Source: a virus
IMG/VR virus record: IMGVR_UViG_3300027754_005796
Coordinates: 64,001-128,000 of that record
DNA: 64,000 bases
Direction: 5' to 3' (one strand)
Shown here in pieces: positions 56,730 to 64,000 of the stretch (position 1 is the first letter of the stretch; each line of letters begins with the position of its first letter). The position numbers and the translations under genes were made by a program. A model generated the notes under the pieces. It searched no databases. It saw only the letters and a list, made by a program, of their open reading frames with translations, and was not told the origin of the DNA.

Positions 56730-57380
56730 ATGAATCCCCTTCCTCCTGAAGATTTATTGCCGCCTCAATACGAAGGTTGGAATTATGAAAATCAAATATT
56801 TGAAAATCTGGTAAAAGAAATCAATCCAAGAGTTATAATCGAAGTTGGTTCTTGGAAGGGCATGTCTGCAATAAAACTTTATAAGGCTGCTGAAAACATA
56901 AGTAAAGATTTTAATTTGTATTGTGTCGATACATGGTTGGGAGCATCTGAGCACATGGACGATATGTCTCATGGTGGTCTTTTTGAAAAGCGGCATGGAT
57001 ATCCGATGCTTTATTTTCAATTTTTATCCAACATGCAGCATCAGAACTGCTTGGAAAATCTTCACCCTATGCCAAATACCTCTGCCAATTGTGCCAGATG
57101 GTTCGGTAAGAAAAAAATCAAAGCGGATTTGATTTATGTTGATGGAAGCCATGAAATTCCAGATGTGTATTATGATTGCTGCAATTATTGGGAGCTATTG
57201 AGTCCCGGCGGCATTATGTTTGGTGATGACATTCGTTACGGACCAGTTGAAGCCTGTGTCAATAATTTTTGTGAACTTGTGAAAATCAATAAAACAGAGA
57301 TTGACAACAATTATTGGCTTGTGAGAAAACCAGCCCCGCTTTCTGCATGTAGCATTTTATCGTACTGTCCGGTTTGGTGA
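56730..57380 (+). CDS. Methyltransf_24 methyltransferase
   Basis: IIEVGSWKGMS, CVDTWLG, DLIYVDGSH, GGIMFGDD. Confidence 0.9.
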   Translation: MNPLPPEDLLPPQYEGWNYENQIFENLVKEINPRVIIEVGSWKGMSAIKLYKAAENISKDFNLYCVDTWLGASEHMDDMSHGGLFEKRHGYPMLYFQFLSNMQHQNCLENLHPMPNTSANCARWFGKKKIKADLIYVDGSHEIPDVYYDCCNYWELLSPGGIMFGDDIRYGPVEACVNNFCELVKINKTEIDNNYWLVRKPAPLSACSILSYCPVW

Positions 57381-57497
57381 TAAAGACCAGCCAATCGAGC
57401 AAGTTCACGATTGTGGTCATTGCCAAATAGAAGTTTATTGCTTGTTATATTATAGTGATAGCTTTTACCAATATAATAAATGTGATCAGTCTGCATC

Positions 57498-59000
57498 TTA
57501 AAGGTGTGCTTGCCACTTGTTTATAAATTTTGTTTTTAATTCTGCGCTGAGTTCTTGGATGTCTCTATCGATAAGTTCCAAAGACGCATAACATTCGTGT
57601 CTTACTTTTGAAGAATTTACAAGATGATGTTCGATGTTGTTTGTTTTTAAAAACATAGCATAGTCATCATCTTGATAATAAAGATCGAATTGTTCATCAA
57701 ATTGACCCATTTTTTCAATCACTTCTCGGGTTGTGCAAATGCACCATCCCGCTATTTCATGCATGGTGCGGTATCCCAAAATAGATTCATTTGCCAACTG
57801 TTCTGGGGTGAAAAATTTTGAATGCCAATTTGGTTCTTGTGGACAGGCGGACAAAATTTTATTTTTTTCCATATAATCAACAAGATTAACAATTGAATCT
57901 TCTAGGAAAAAAAGATCATTGTTGCAAATTAAAATATATTTGTTTTTGCAGTATTGCAATCCAATATTTAAAAATTTGTTGTAATTAAATTTTTGATCAA
58001 TCACAATAGTTGTGGTTTCTGGATATATGTAACTTTTTTCAGCAGCATTTACATTTCCTTCAATCACAGTAATGTTGAAGTTTAATGATTTGTTTCTATT
58101 TTTCATTGTCTGAATGGTGCGTTGTGTAAGTCCGTAAAAGTTTAGGTCTTTTGTATAAGTCAAAATGACTGCATCAATTATTGTGTTTTCTTTTTTTCCC
58201 CACTCATATTCTTTCGTGCCATTGAAGCTGTTTTTGTCAATTTCATTTTGACATGTTATCATTTTATATTTTTTGGGCAAATATGGATTTTCACTTGGAC
58301 TTATGAATGAAAATGAATTATCACTAAAAAATGGATCTTTGAAATTTTTGATAGAATCTAATATATTTTGTTCATTGCAGATTTTTTCGTTGTTGAATTC
58401 TTGGTGGGAGAAGTTTTGAATTTTGTTCAATATAAATTCAACGCCACCAAAGTATGAGAAATGCCACCCGCCTTTTGGCAAAGTTTTATTGCTGTGAAAT
58501 CGAGCTTGTTCAGCACATCCTATTTCTTCAAATGTTTGCAGGTCCATAATTTTGGAATGATACCATTTTTCAGAATTTTTGCAGCTTATGTTGTAATAAT
58601 AAAAATCTTGTTCTAAAGCACATGGGCCTTTTATTGGATTTTTTTTCATTTGTTTTAAGAGATCGGCATCTGGAATTTCGTCAATATCTGCAATTATGAC
58701 AAGATCATCTCTTGTCATATCACACATTTTCAAACCTTTTCCGATACCGTTTCTTTGATGTGCCTCTCTAATCCACGGATTGTCTCCATCAGGCATATCA
58801 TTTACAACAACATGAATCAGTTTTTCGCAGTTAAAAAGGTGTTTGTTTTCTTGGAAAAATAAAGGCTTTGGTTTATTATTGAAGGTTTTGTTTGCTTCCA
58901 CCAACACAAAATAATCAACAACATCGCTTAATTCTGCGATTCTAAATTTGAGCATTTTAAGCTCGTTGTAAAATGTAAAGCAATCGGCTATTTTAATCAT
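57498..59000 (-). CDS. GT17 (beta-1,4-GlcNAc transferase-like) fused to GT2
   Basis: DCFTFYNE, FVLVEA, REAHQRN, ADIDEIP, GGWHFSYFG, FSHQE; C-terminal FNYNKFLN..ICNND. Confidence 0.88.
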   Translation of the reverse strand: MIKIADCFTFYNELKMLKFRIAELSDVVDYFVLVEANKTFNNKPKPLFFQENKHLFNCEKLIHVVVNDMPDGDNPWIREAHQRNGIGKGLKMCDMTRDDLVIIADIDEIPDADLLKQMKKNPIKGPCALEQDFYYYNISCKNSEKWYHSKIMDLQTFEEIGCAEQARFHSNKTLPKGGWHFSYFGGVEFILNKIQNFSHQEFNNEKICNEQNILDSIKNFKDPFFSDNSFSFISPSENPYLPKKYKMITCQNEIDKNSFNGTKEYEWGKKENTIIDAVILTYTKDLNFYGLTQRTIQTMKNRNKSLNFNITVIEGNVNAAEKSYIYPETTTIVIDQKFNYNKFLNIGLQYCKNKYILICNNDLFFLEDSIVNLVDYMEKNKILSACPQEPNWHSKFFTPEQLANESILGYRTMHEIAGWCICTTREVIEKMGQFDEQFDLYYQDDDYAMFLKTNNIEHHLVNSSKVRHECYASLELIDRDIQELSAELKTKFINKWQAHL

Positions 59001-59126
59001 GGGTCACCATTTTAATTTTATGTCAAATAATTGGTTTTTTCAAATTTAGTGCTAAATAATTTTAAAGTTGGAGGATATGTGCGCCGTTCAATAAACATTC
59101 GGCGACTTGATTCTGTTTTGGTACAA

Positions 59127-59219
59127 CATAGCCATTAAATTTTTGCTATAGGCAAAATCGGCATATTGTTTGAATTCTTGTTGAATTTTGTCTTTAGATA
59201 TAAAACTTTTTTATTCCAT
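59127..59219 (-). pseudogene. N-terminal remnant of an MscL-like channel with in-frame stop
   Basis: ME*KSFISKDKIQQEFKQYADFAYSKNLMAM resembles the MscL N-terminal EFKxFAxxGN helix. Confidence 0.4.
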
Positions 59220-59315
59220 GATATAAAGATAGCAAGTTTAAATTAGAACTCCTTGATGCAACTCTTGTTAAAAATCGTGTTAAGTTGTTTGACTGGACGC
59301 AAGGAGGTGTATTCA

Positions 59316-59951
59316 ATGCGTATTTTATTTCCACCAAGACCCAAAGGAAGAATGCTTCCTACCGATTTACCTCACTATGAGGCATCCGGCAATTGGGTTG
59401 CTCAAAGAAAATTTCGTGGCAGTCGTGCTGTTCTGCACATTTCTACCGACAGGGTTGTTACGCTTGGCAATCGTCATGGTTCTCAATTTGCCAAGTTTGT
59501 TTTAGATCAAGGTTTCAAACAGGAAATACTCGATGGCTTGGATTTGAAGGACGGGTTGGAATATTGGCTTGATGGTGAATTGATGAACAAGGATATAAAT
59601 GCGACTAACGAGATTATCTTGTTCGATCTTTTGCAAGTTGGTAAGTATTTGTTCGGAGGGCCTAGCCAAATTGCCAGACTAAACATGTTGCACCAGATTT
59701 GCAGACATCCATCAAAAAATTGTCGTAATGGTCTTGCGCTGGAGGTGACTCCTCGTTTATGGCTTGCAGAGACATTTGAAAAAGATTTCGTGGTACACTT
59801 TGAAGAGGCTCTGTCTACCGAGCAAATCGAGGGTCTTGTGCTACGAAAAAAATCATCTTGTCTCGACAACTTTGGAGTTTCTGAATATGAGACTTCAAAT
59901 CTGATTCGCTGTCGCAAGCCGTTTGCGAAAGACAAGGGTTACGATTTCTGA
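59316..59951 (+). CDS. Stand-alone ATP-dependent ligase/nucleotidyltransferase domain
   Basis: AQRKFRGSR (motif I), WLDGEL, ILFDLL, IEGLVLRK; AGGAGG RBS; no OB domain. Confidence 0.8.
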   Translation: MRILFPPRPKGRMLPTDLPHYEASGNWVAQRKFRGSRAVLHISTDRVVTLGNRHGSQFAKFVLDQGFKQEILDGLDLKDGLEYWLDGELMNKDINATNEIILFDLLQVGKYLFGGPSQIARLNMLHQICRHPSKNCRNGLALEVTPRLWLAETFEKDFVVHFEEALSTEQIEGLVLRKKSSCLDNFGVSEYETSNLIRCRKPFAKDKGYDF

Positions 59952-60027
59952 AAGGGGGAGCGTTTTATAGCTTAATTTTTCATGGTTTCAAGGTGAATTT
60001 CAAAATCTCATCAAAGGATGGTGCATT

Positions 60028-61281
60028 ATGTCGAAGAAGACTGACATGAATTTCCCAATTGAAAAAATGCCAGCAGGCACGAAGCATCTGTTTGGCAACA
60101 TGTACATGGTGTCATTCAATAGTATAAAAACCCCTGACCCTGAGGAGGCCAAGGATGGTGAATACCAGTTTCGCAATCCTAGGCTTTTGACAGAGCGAGG
60201 GCAGGCCGATCTATTGGACCGCAGGCTCTCCACGGAGCTTCGTGAAAGCATCAAGAATCGCACTCTTTTGAACCCTTTGGTCTGTAGGTGGGTTGAGGAT
60301 GGCGATAACTTCATCCCTATGGTGATCGGTGGTGATCGCCGGTATCGTGCCCTTGAGTATCTTATCCGTAAAAAGGAAGAGGTTCTCGATCCTCGTGGCG
60401 TTAAAGCAAGTGAGGATGGTTGGAAGTACGGCAAGGTTTCAGCCGATGTTGCCTATGAGTTTGTCCCCTGCCAAATATTTGTTTGCAACAACGATTTGCA
60501 AGCTCTTGCTTTGGCTTGGGCTGAAAACAAGAGTCGCATTAATTTGACGGAGGGGCATGAGATAGCCGAAGTCGTGAAGCTTCGTGCTGCGAATGCAACT
60601 GATTCCCAGATTGTTGGAATTCTTCAGCAAGACAGCAAGTGGTTGGCCGAGACAGATCGTTTGATCAATAGTCTTGATGCCAATACCTTGTCGGACCTTT
60701 TTGAAGGAAGGATTGATCGCCAGAGCGCCATTGAGCTTGGTGCGATTGATGACGAGGAGATTCGTGAACAGGTTCGCACAGTAGCGAATGACGCTGCTGC
60801 GGAAACCTGTCAGAAACGGATTGGTCGTATCCAATCGCAGATCGAGAAGGCTTTGGATCGTAAGGAAATCGCAGAGGGCAATTTGGCTGTTGCTGAAACA
60901 CCAAAGCAGCGAAAAAAGGCGCAGCAAGAAATTGAGTCTGCGACACAAGAAGTTGCGACTATGGACAATAAGCGGAATGCGATGCAGCCGGTTGTCAATT
61001 CTCGTGATGTTCGACAGGCATCGAGGGATATTACGGGAGATGTTCCTAAGCCCAAGGGCAAGCGTGGCCCCCAAAGCGGGCCTCGCAAGATGCGTGAGAA
61101 CAAGATCAAAGAAGGCCGTGAGTATCTCACCGGCATTTTACGCAACAACGGTCGTTGCCCTGAGGATACCTTCACGGCACAGATCGATTCCATCAAGTTA
61201 GTTTTGCGTGTTTTTGAGGAAAACATCATGTCGGGCAACGATGATTGGGCCGGGACGCTTCGTCGTCATTACGGCGCATAA
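60028..61281 (+). CDS. ParB-like protein
   Basis: ELRESIK...LLNPLV, IGGDRRYRAL, AWAENKSR. Confidence 0.82.
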   Translation: MSKKTDMNFPIEKMPAGTKHLFGNMYMVSFNSIKTPDPEEAKDGEYQFRNPRLLTERGQADLLDRRLSTELRESIKNRTLLNPLVCRWVEDGDNFIPMVIGGDRRYRALEYLIRKKEEVLDPRGVKASEDGWKYGKVSADVAYEFVPCQIFVCNNDLQALALAWAENKSRINLTEGHEIAEVVKLRAANATDSQIVGILQQDSKWLAETDRLINSLDANTLSDLFEGRIDRQSAIELGAIDDEEIREQVRTVANDAAAETCQKRIGRIQSQIEKALDRKEIAEGNLAVAETPKQRKKAQQEIESATQEVATMDNKRNAMQPVVNSRDVRQASRDITGDVPKPKGKRGPQSGPRKMRENKIKEGREYLTGILRNNGRCPEDTFTAQIDSIKLVLRVFEENIMSGNDDWAGTLRRHYGA

Positions 61282-61301
61282 TCGCTGCTTGCAAATTCAA
61301 T

Positions 61302-61333
61302 AAAAAAGCCTCACCAATCGGTGAGGTTTTTTT
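61302..61333 (+). terminator. Bidirectional intrinsic terminator
   Basis: AAAAAAGCCTCAC..GTGAGGTTTTTTT. Confidence 0.85.
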
Positions 61334-61356
61334 ATTGATCAAGAATAAATACATCA

Positions 61357-61662
61357 ATGATTCAAGTGTGTCCCTTCTGCGGTCATGAACTAGAAACTGC
61401 TTTGACAGACGGGTTGACACATTGTGCTCATTGTAACCAAAATTTAGATTCCAGCGACCTGAATCAACTTTTAGCTGCTGGATGGCAAATAAGAAAGCAT
61501 CATTACAGCTTGGAGCAAATCAAGCACATCGCCAAATTAAACGATGATTTTGCAATTCTGGTTTACACCTTTGTTGGTGAATATGGTTATTCACATGATG
61601 AGTTTTTTAAATTGCTTAGAAAGTTAGGCGTTGCGCATAAATCTTACATAAATTTTCATTAA
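61357..61662 (+). CDS. Zinc-ribbon protein
   Basis: CPFC...CAHC. Confidence 0.6.
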   Translation: MIQVCPFCGHELETALTDGLTHCAHCNQNLDSSDLNQLLAAGWQIRKHHYSLEQIKHIAKLNDDFAILVYTFVGEYGYSHDEFFKLLRKLGVAHKSYINFH

Positions 61663-61674
61663 ATATGAAATTGT

Positions 61675-61695
61675 AGCCCCACATATTGTGGGGCT
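61675..61695. terminator. Hairpin between convergent genes
   Basis: AGCCCCACA-TAT-TGTGGGGCT. Confidence 0.6.
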
Positions 61696-61730
61696 TAGAT
61701 ATTTTTTTTGGAAACAAAAAAACCAGCTTA

Positions 61731-61946
61731 TTAGGCCGTTTCTGCGGATATTTGTCCGATGGGGAAGAGTGTTTCACCGTTCGTTGTTTCTAGTTCCGAG
61801 CGTATCACGGTAACCTTTTTATCTGCTTCAATCCCTAACCTGACTTTGTTTCTGTTGTCGATCCTAACAACTGTGATTCTGATGTCCTCTTGACCGGGTT
61901 GTTTCAGAATGATAACTTCGTCCTTCTTTCGTGACAGTACCAGCAT
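61731..61946 (-). CDS. csrA: Carbon storage regulator CsrA (second copy)
   Basis: MLVLSRKKDEVII...IRITVVRI...KVRLGIEA...VIRSEL. Confidence 0.92.
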   Translation of the reverse strand: MLVLSRKKDEVIILKQPGQEDIRITVVRIDNRNKVRLGIEADKKVTVIRSELETTNGETLFPIGQISAETA

Positions 61947-62117
61947 TTTTATTCCTTTCGTGCCAAAGTCCTTGTACTATATTAAAGAAGTATGTATCCT
62001 TTTTTTTTGATGAGATGATAATATTTTTTTGATTTTGACTTTACAATCAAAATACCTCGTACTAATATCAATCTGTCAGGATGGACCAGCCGGTATGAAA
62101 TCGGCAGGTATAAAGGT

Positions 62118-62160
62118 GTTGTGATAGTCACCTCAAGTGTCACAACTGATTTTATTGAGG
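62118..62160 (+). promoter_or_regulatory. H-type pseudoknot in 5'UTR
   Basis: S1 GTTGTGATA/TGTCACAAC; loop CCTCAA pairs with downstream TTGAGG. Confidence 0.5.
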
Positions 62161-62179
62161 CTAGTTTGGGAGTTTTTTC

Positions 62180-62647
62180 ATGAGTAGCCAATGGTATGTC
62201 GAACTCACTACGCTTCGTTCTCAGCGTGAGAAGATTGATAAGCAAATCGCTTTGCTCGAGGAGTTGGTTGATCTTGAGGCGCAGCATGGCGGTCACCAAG
62301 CGAGGCCTGTCGCTGCCCGCAAGCCTGCTGCACGCACCGCTTTTGCCGATAAGCCGAAACCCCGCAGGGCTAAGAACACATCTCGTCAGATTGGCGCTGT
62401 TGTTTCTTCTGATGGTAAGAATATTCGTCTTCCTCAATTGCTGGTCAGTATCAGTCAGCAGCAGTCCTCTCCCGTGAAGCTGGAAGAGTTTTGTAAGCTC
62501 GTCAAAGAGGCTGGCTATGAAAGCAATGCTAGCAATTTCAGCAACATGGTTTACCAGTCTTTGCAGAAGCTTATCAAGAAGGGGTTTTTCGCCCGCAACG
62601 ACGAAACCCGTGAGTATGCTTTCACCGGCAACCTCCAGACTGCCTGA
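62180..62647 (+). CDS. Winged-helix nucleoid/DNA-binding protein
   Basis: N-terminal coiled coil, basic linker, LVKEAGYESNASNFSNMVYQSLQKL..KG. Confidence 0.65.
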   Translation: MSSQWYVELTTLRSQREKIDKQIALLEELVDLEAQHGGHQARPVAARKPAARTAFADKPKPRRAKNTSRQIGAVVSSDGKNIRLPQLLVSISQQQSSPVKLEEFCKLVKEAGYESNASNFSNMVYQSLQKLIKKGFFARNDETREYAFTGNLQTA

Positions 62648-62714
62648 TTGTTTGTCGCTAACCACGCCTCCTCCGGGGCGACTTTTTAACTCACTACTCA
62701 AGGAACTGTGTACT

Positions 62715-63089
62715 ATGTCAAACGAACTGAATCAGAATAAGGACAAGAGCAAAGCCGATTGTGTGCGGGCGATTCTGAAACAGATTGGGGCCATCAAGGC
62801 TCATCCACCAGAAGGCTGGCATAAGAAAACTGAAGAAGAATTGCTTGCTAAGTACAATATTAAGGTGCATACGACTCACATTTACGCTATTCGTAACGCT
62901 ATGCTCTCTAAAAGGCATTCAGCGGTTCTTTCTGAAACCAAAGAGGTTCTTCCCGAAACCAAAGATGATCATATCAAAGGTGTGATTTGTCTGTCGGATT
63001 TGGTTGCGGTCAAGTCTCTTAGTAAGCAGATTGGTGGTCTTTCTAGGTTGAAGGAATGTATTCGGGCTTTGGAGCAAATCACGACCTGA
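62715..63089 (+). CDS. Hypothetical DNA-binding protein
   Basis: SKADCVRAIL...LSDLVAVKSLSKQIGGLSRLKECIRAL; AAGGA RBS. Confidence 0.6.
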   Translation: MSNELNQNKDKSKADCVRAILKQIGAIKAHPPEGWHKKTEEELLAKYNIKVHTTHIYAIRNAMLSKRHSAVLSETKEVLPETKDDHIKGVICLSDLVAVKSLSKQIGGLSRLKECIRALEQITT

Positions 63090-63112
63090 GGCACCTAACA
63101 GTTTTATTCGAC

Positions 63113-63146
63113 AAAGGCGCTCTGATTACAGAGCGCCTTTTCTTTT
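63113..63146 (+). terminator. Intrinsic terminator
   Basis: AAAGGCGCTCTG-ATTA-CAGAGCGCCTTT followed by T-run. Confidence 0.88.
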
Positions 63147-63196
63147 ACCTTTGATAGATATTGGGGTAAAATGGATTATAACTAGGAGTTCGAGTC

Positions 63197-64000
63197 ATGC
63201 CTCGTAAGCGTCAAATTGTTTGTAATTATTGTGGCAATAATGCCACCTCTGGACCATTGGTGGAGAGCCCTATCAGTAAGGTCTACATTTGCGGAGCTTG
63301 CATTAAAGTGTGCGATGCATTCTTGACTCAAAAAAGCGAGTGTCCCGTGCCTCAATTACATCTGAATTCAGCCAAACAGATAGTGGAACACTTAGATCAA
63401 CATATTATAGGACAGGACAGAGCCAAGCGTGCCTTAGCGGTTGCTGTAATCAACCATTATAAAAGACTTTTGGATTTCACTACCCAATTTGAAAAGAACA
63501 ATCCATATAAAGATGTCAATTTAGAGAAGTCTAATATTTTGCTTGTTGGCCCCACGGGTTCAGGCAAGACGCTTTTGGCCAGCACTTTGGCTAAAATTAT
63601 GAATGTGCCGTTTGCTGTGGGTGATGCAACCACGCTCACAGAAAGTGGTTATGTTGGTGAGGATGTTGAGAATTTAGTTCTGAAATTGATCCGTGCTGCC
63701 GATGGCGACATAGAGTTGGCACAGCATGGCATTATTTTTCTTGACGAGGTAGACAAACTTGCTCGTAGTGGCGGGAATGTTTCCATCACAAGGGATGTAA
63801 GTGGTGAGGGTGTCCAACAATCGTTGTTGAAAATGTTTGAGGGTACAATTTGCAATGTTCCTCCGCAGGGTGGCCGTAAGCATCCTGAGCAAAAGTACAT
63901 CCCAGTCGATACCCGCAATATTTTGTTTATATGCGGGGGAGCTTTTAATGGTTTGGAGGACATCATCAAGCGTCGATTGGGCAAATCGATGATGGGATTT
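63197..64000 (+). CDS. clpX: ClpX unfoldase (3' end runs off window)
   Basis: Hand translation: CNYC..CGAC zinc finger, [45 protein letters not shown]. Confidence 0.96.
   Translation, partial: MPRKRQIVCNYCGNNATSGPLVESPISKVYICGACIKVCDAFLTQKSECPVPQLHLNSAKQIVEHLDQHIIGQDRAKRALAVAVINHYKRLLDFTTQFEKNNPYKDVNLEKSNILLVGPTGSGKTLLASTLAKIMNVPFAVGDATTLTESGYVGEDVENLVLKLIRAADGDIELAQHGIIFLDEVDKLARSGGNVSITRDVSGEGVQQSLLKMFEGTICNVPPQGGRKHPEQKYIPVDTRNILFICGGAFNGLEDIIKRRLGKSMMGF

Noticed and set aside
60439-62701. Long antisense ORFs (60439-61074, 61982-62701)
   Set aside because: Shadows of GC-richer sense genes with no motifs or RBS.
1-64000. Alternative genetic code (TAG or TGA recoding)
   Set aside because: Conserved genes are full length in code 11 and all three stops end genes at sensible positions.
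1-64000. CRISPR array, rRNA, transposase or integrase
   Set aside because: No repeat-spacer periodicity or such motifs seen; the only clear tandem repeat is the coding 33-mer at 2880.
1-64000. Bacterial chromosome origin
   Set aside because: Housekeeping genes are isolated from their usual operons (infC without rpmI/rplT, groES without groEL, clpX without upstream clpP) and mixed with virion genes and homing endonucleases.

Overview
AT-rich, gene-dense 64 kb segment of a large (jumbo/huge) tailed dsDNA phage read in genetic code 11. Several protein families suggest a Planctomycetota host (inference). Host-takeover genes: IF-3, Pth2, two CsrA, a sigma-28-like factor, DnaJ, GroES, ClpS, ClpX. 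Also present: dUTPase, PhoH with a class 3 intein, virion/baseplate genes, three ~950-aa KOW/SH3-repeat paralogs, HNH and EndoVII nucleases, ParB, a stand-alone ligase domain, and two islands of glycosyltransferases, methyltransferases and sugar-nucleotide enzymes. The standout is a tRNA nested inside a tRNA: a minus-strand tRNA-Gln gene whose anticodon is split by a 73-nt insert that itself folds as a cloverleaf, with its own promoter and an adjacent HNH gene. Three unassigned structured RNA candidates, a 5'UTR pseudoknot, a long-variable-arm tRNA-Arg(UCU) and a probable split mscL remnant are also reported. All calls are by eye from motifs and base-pairing; no searches were run.
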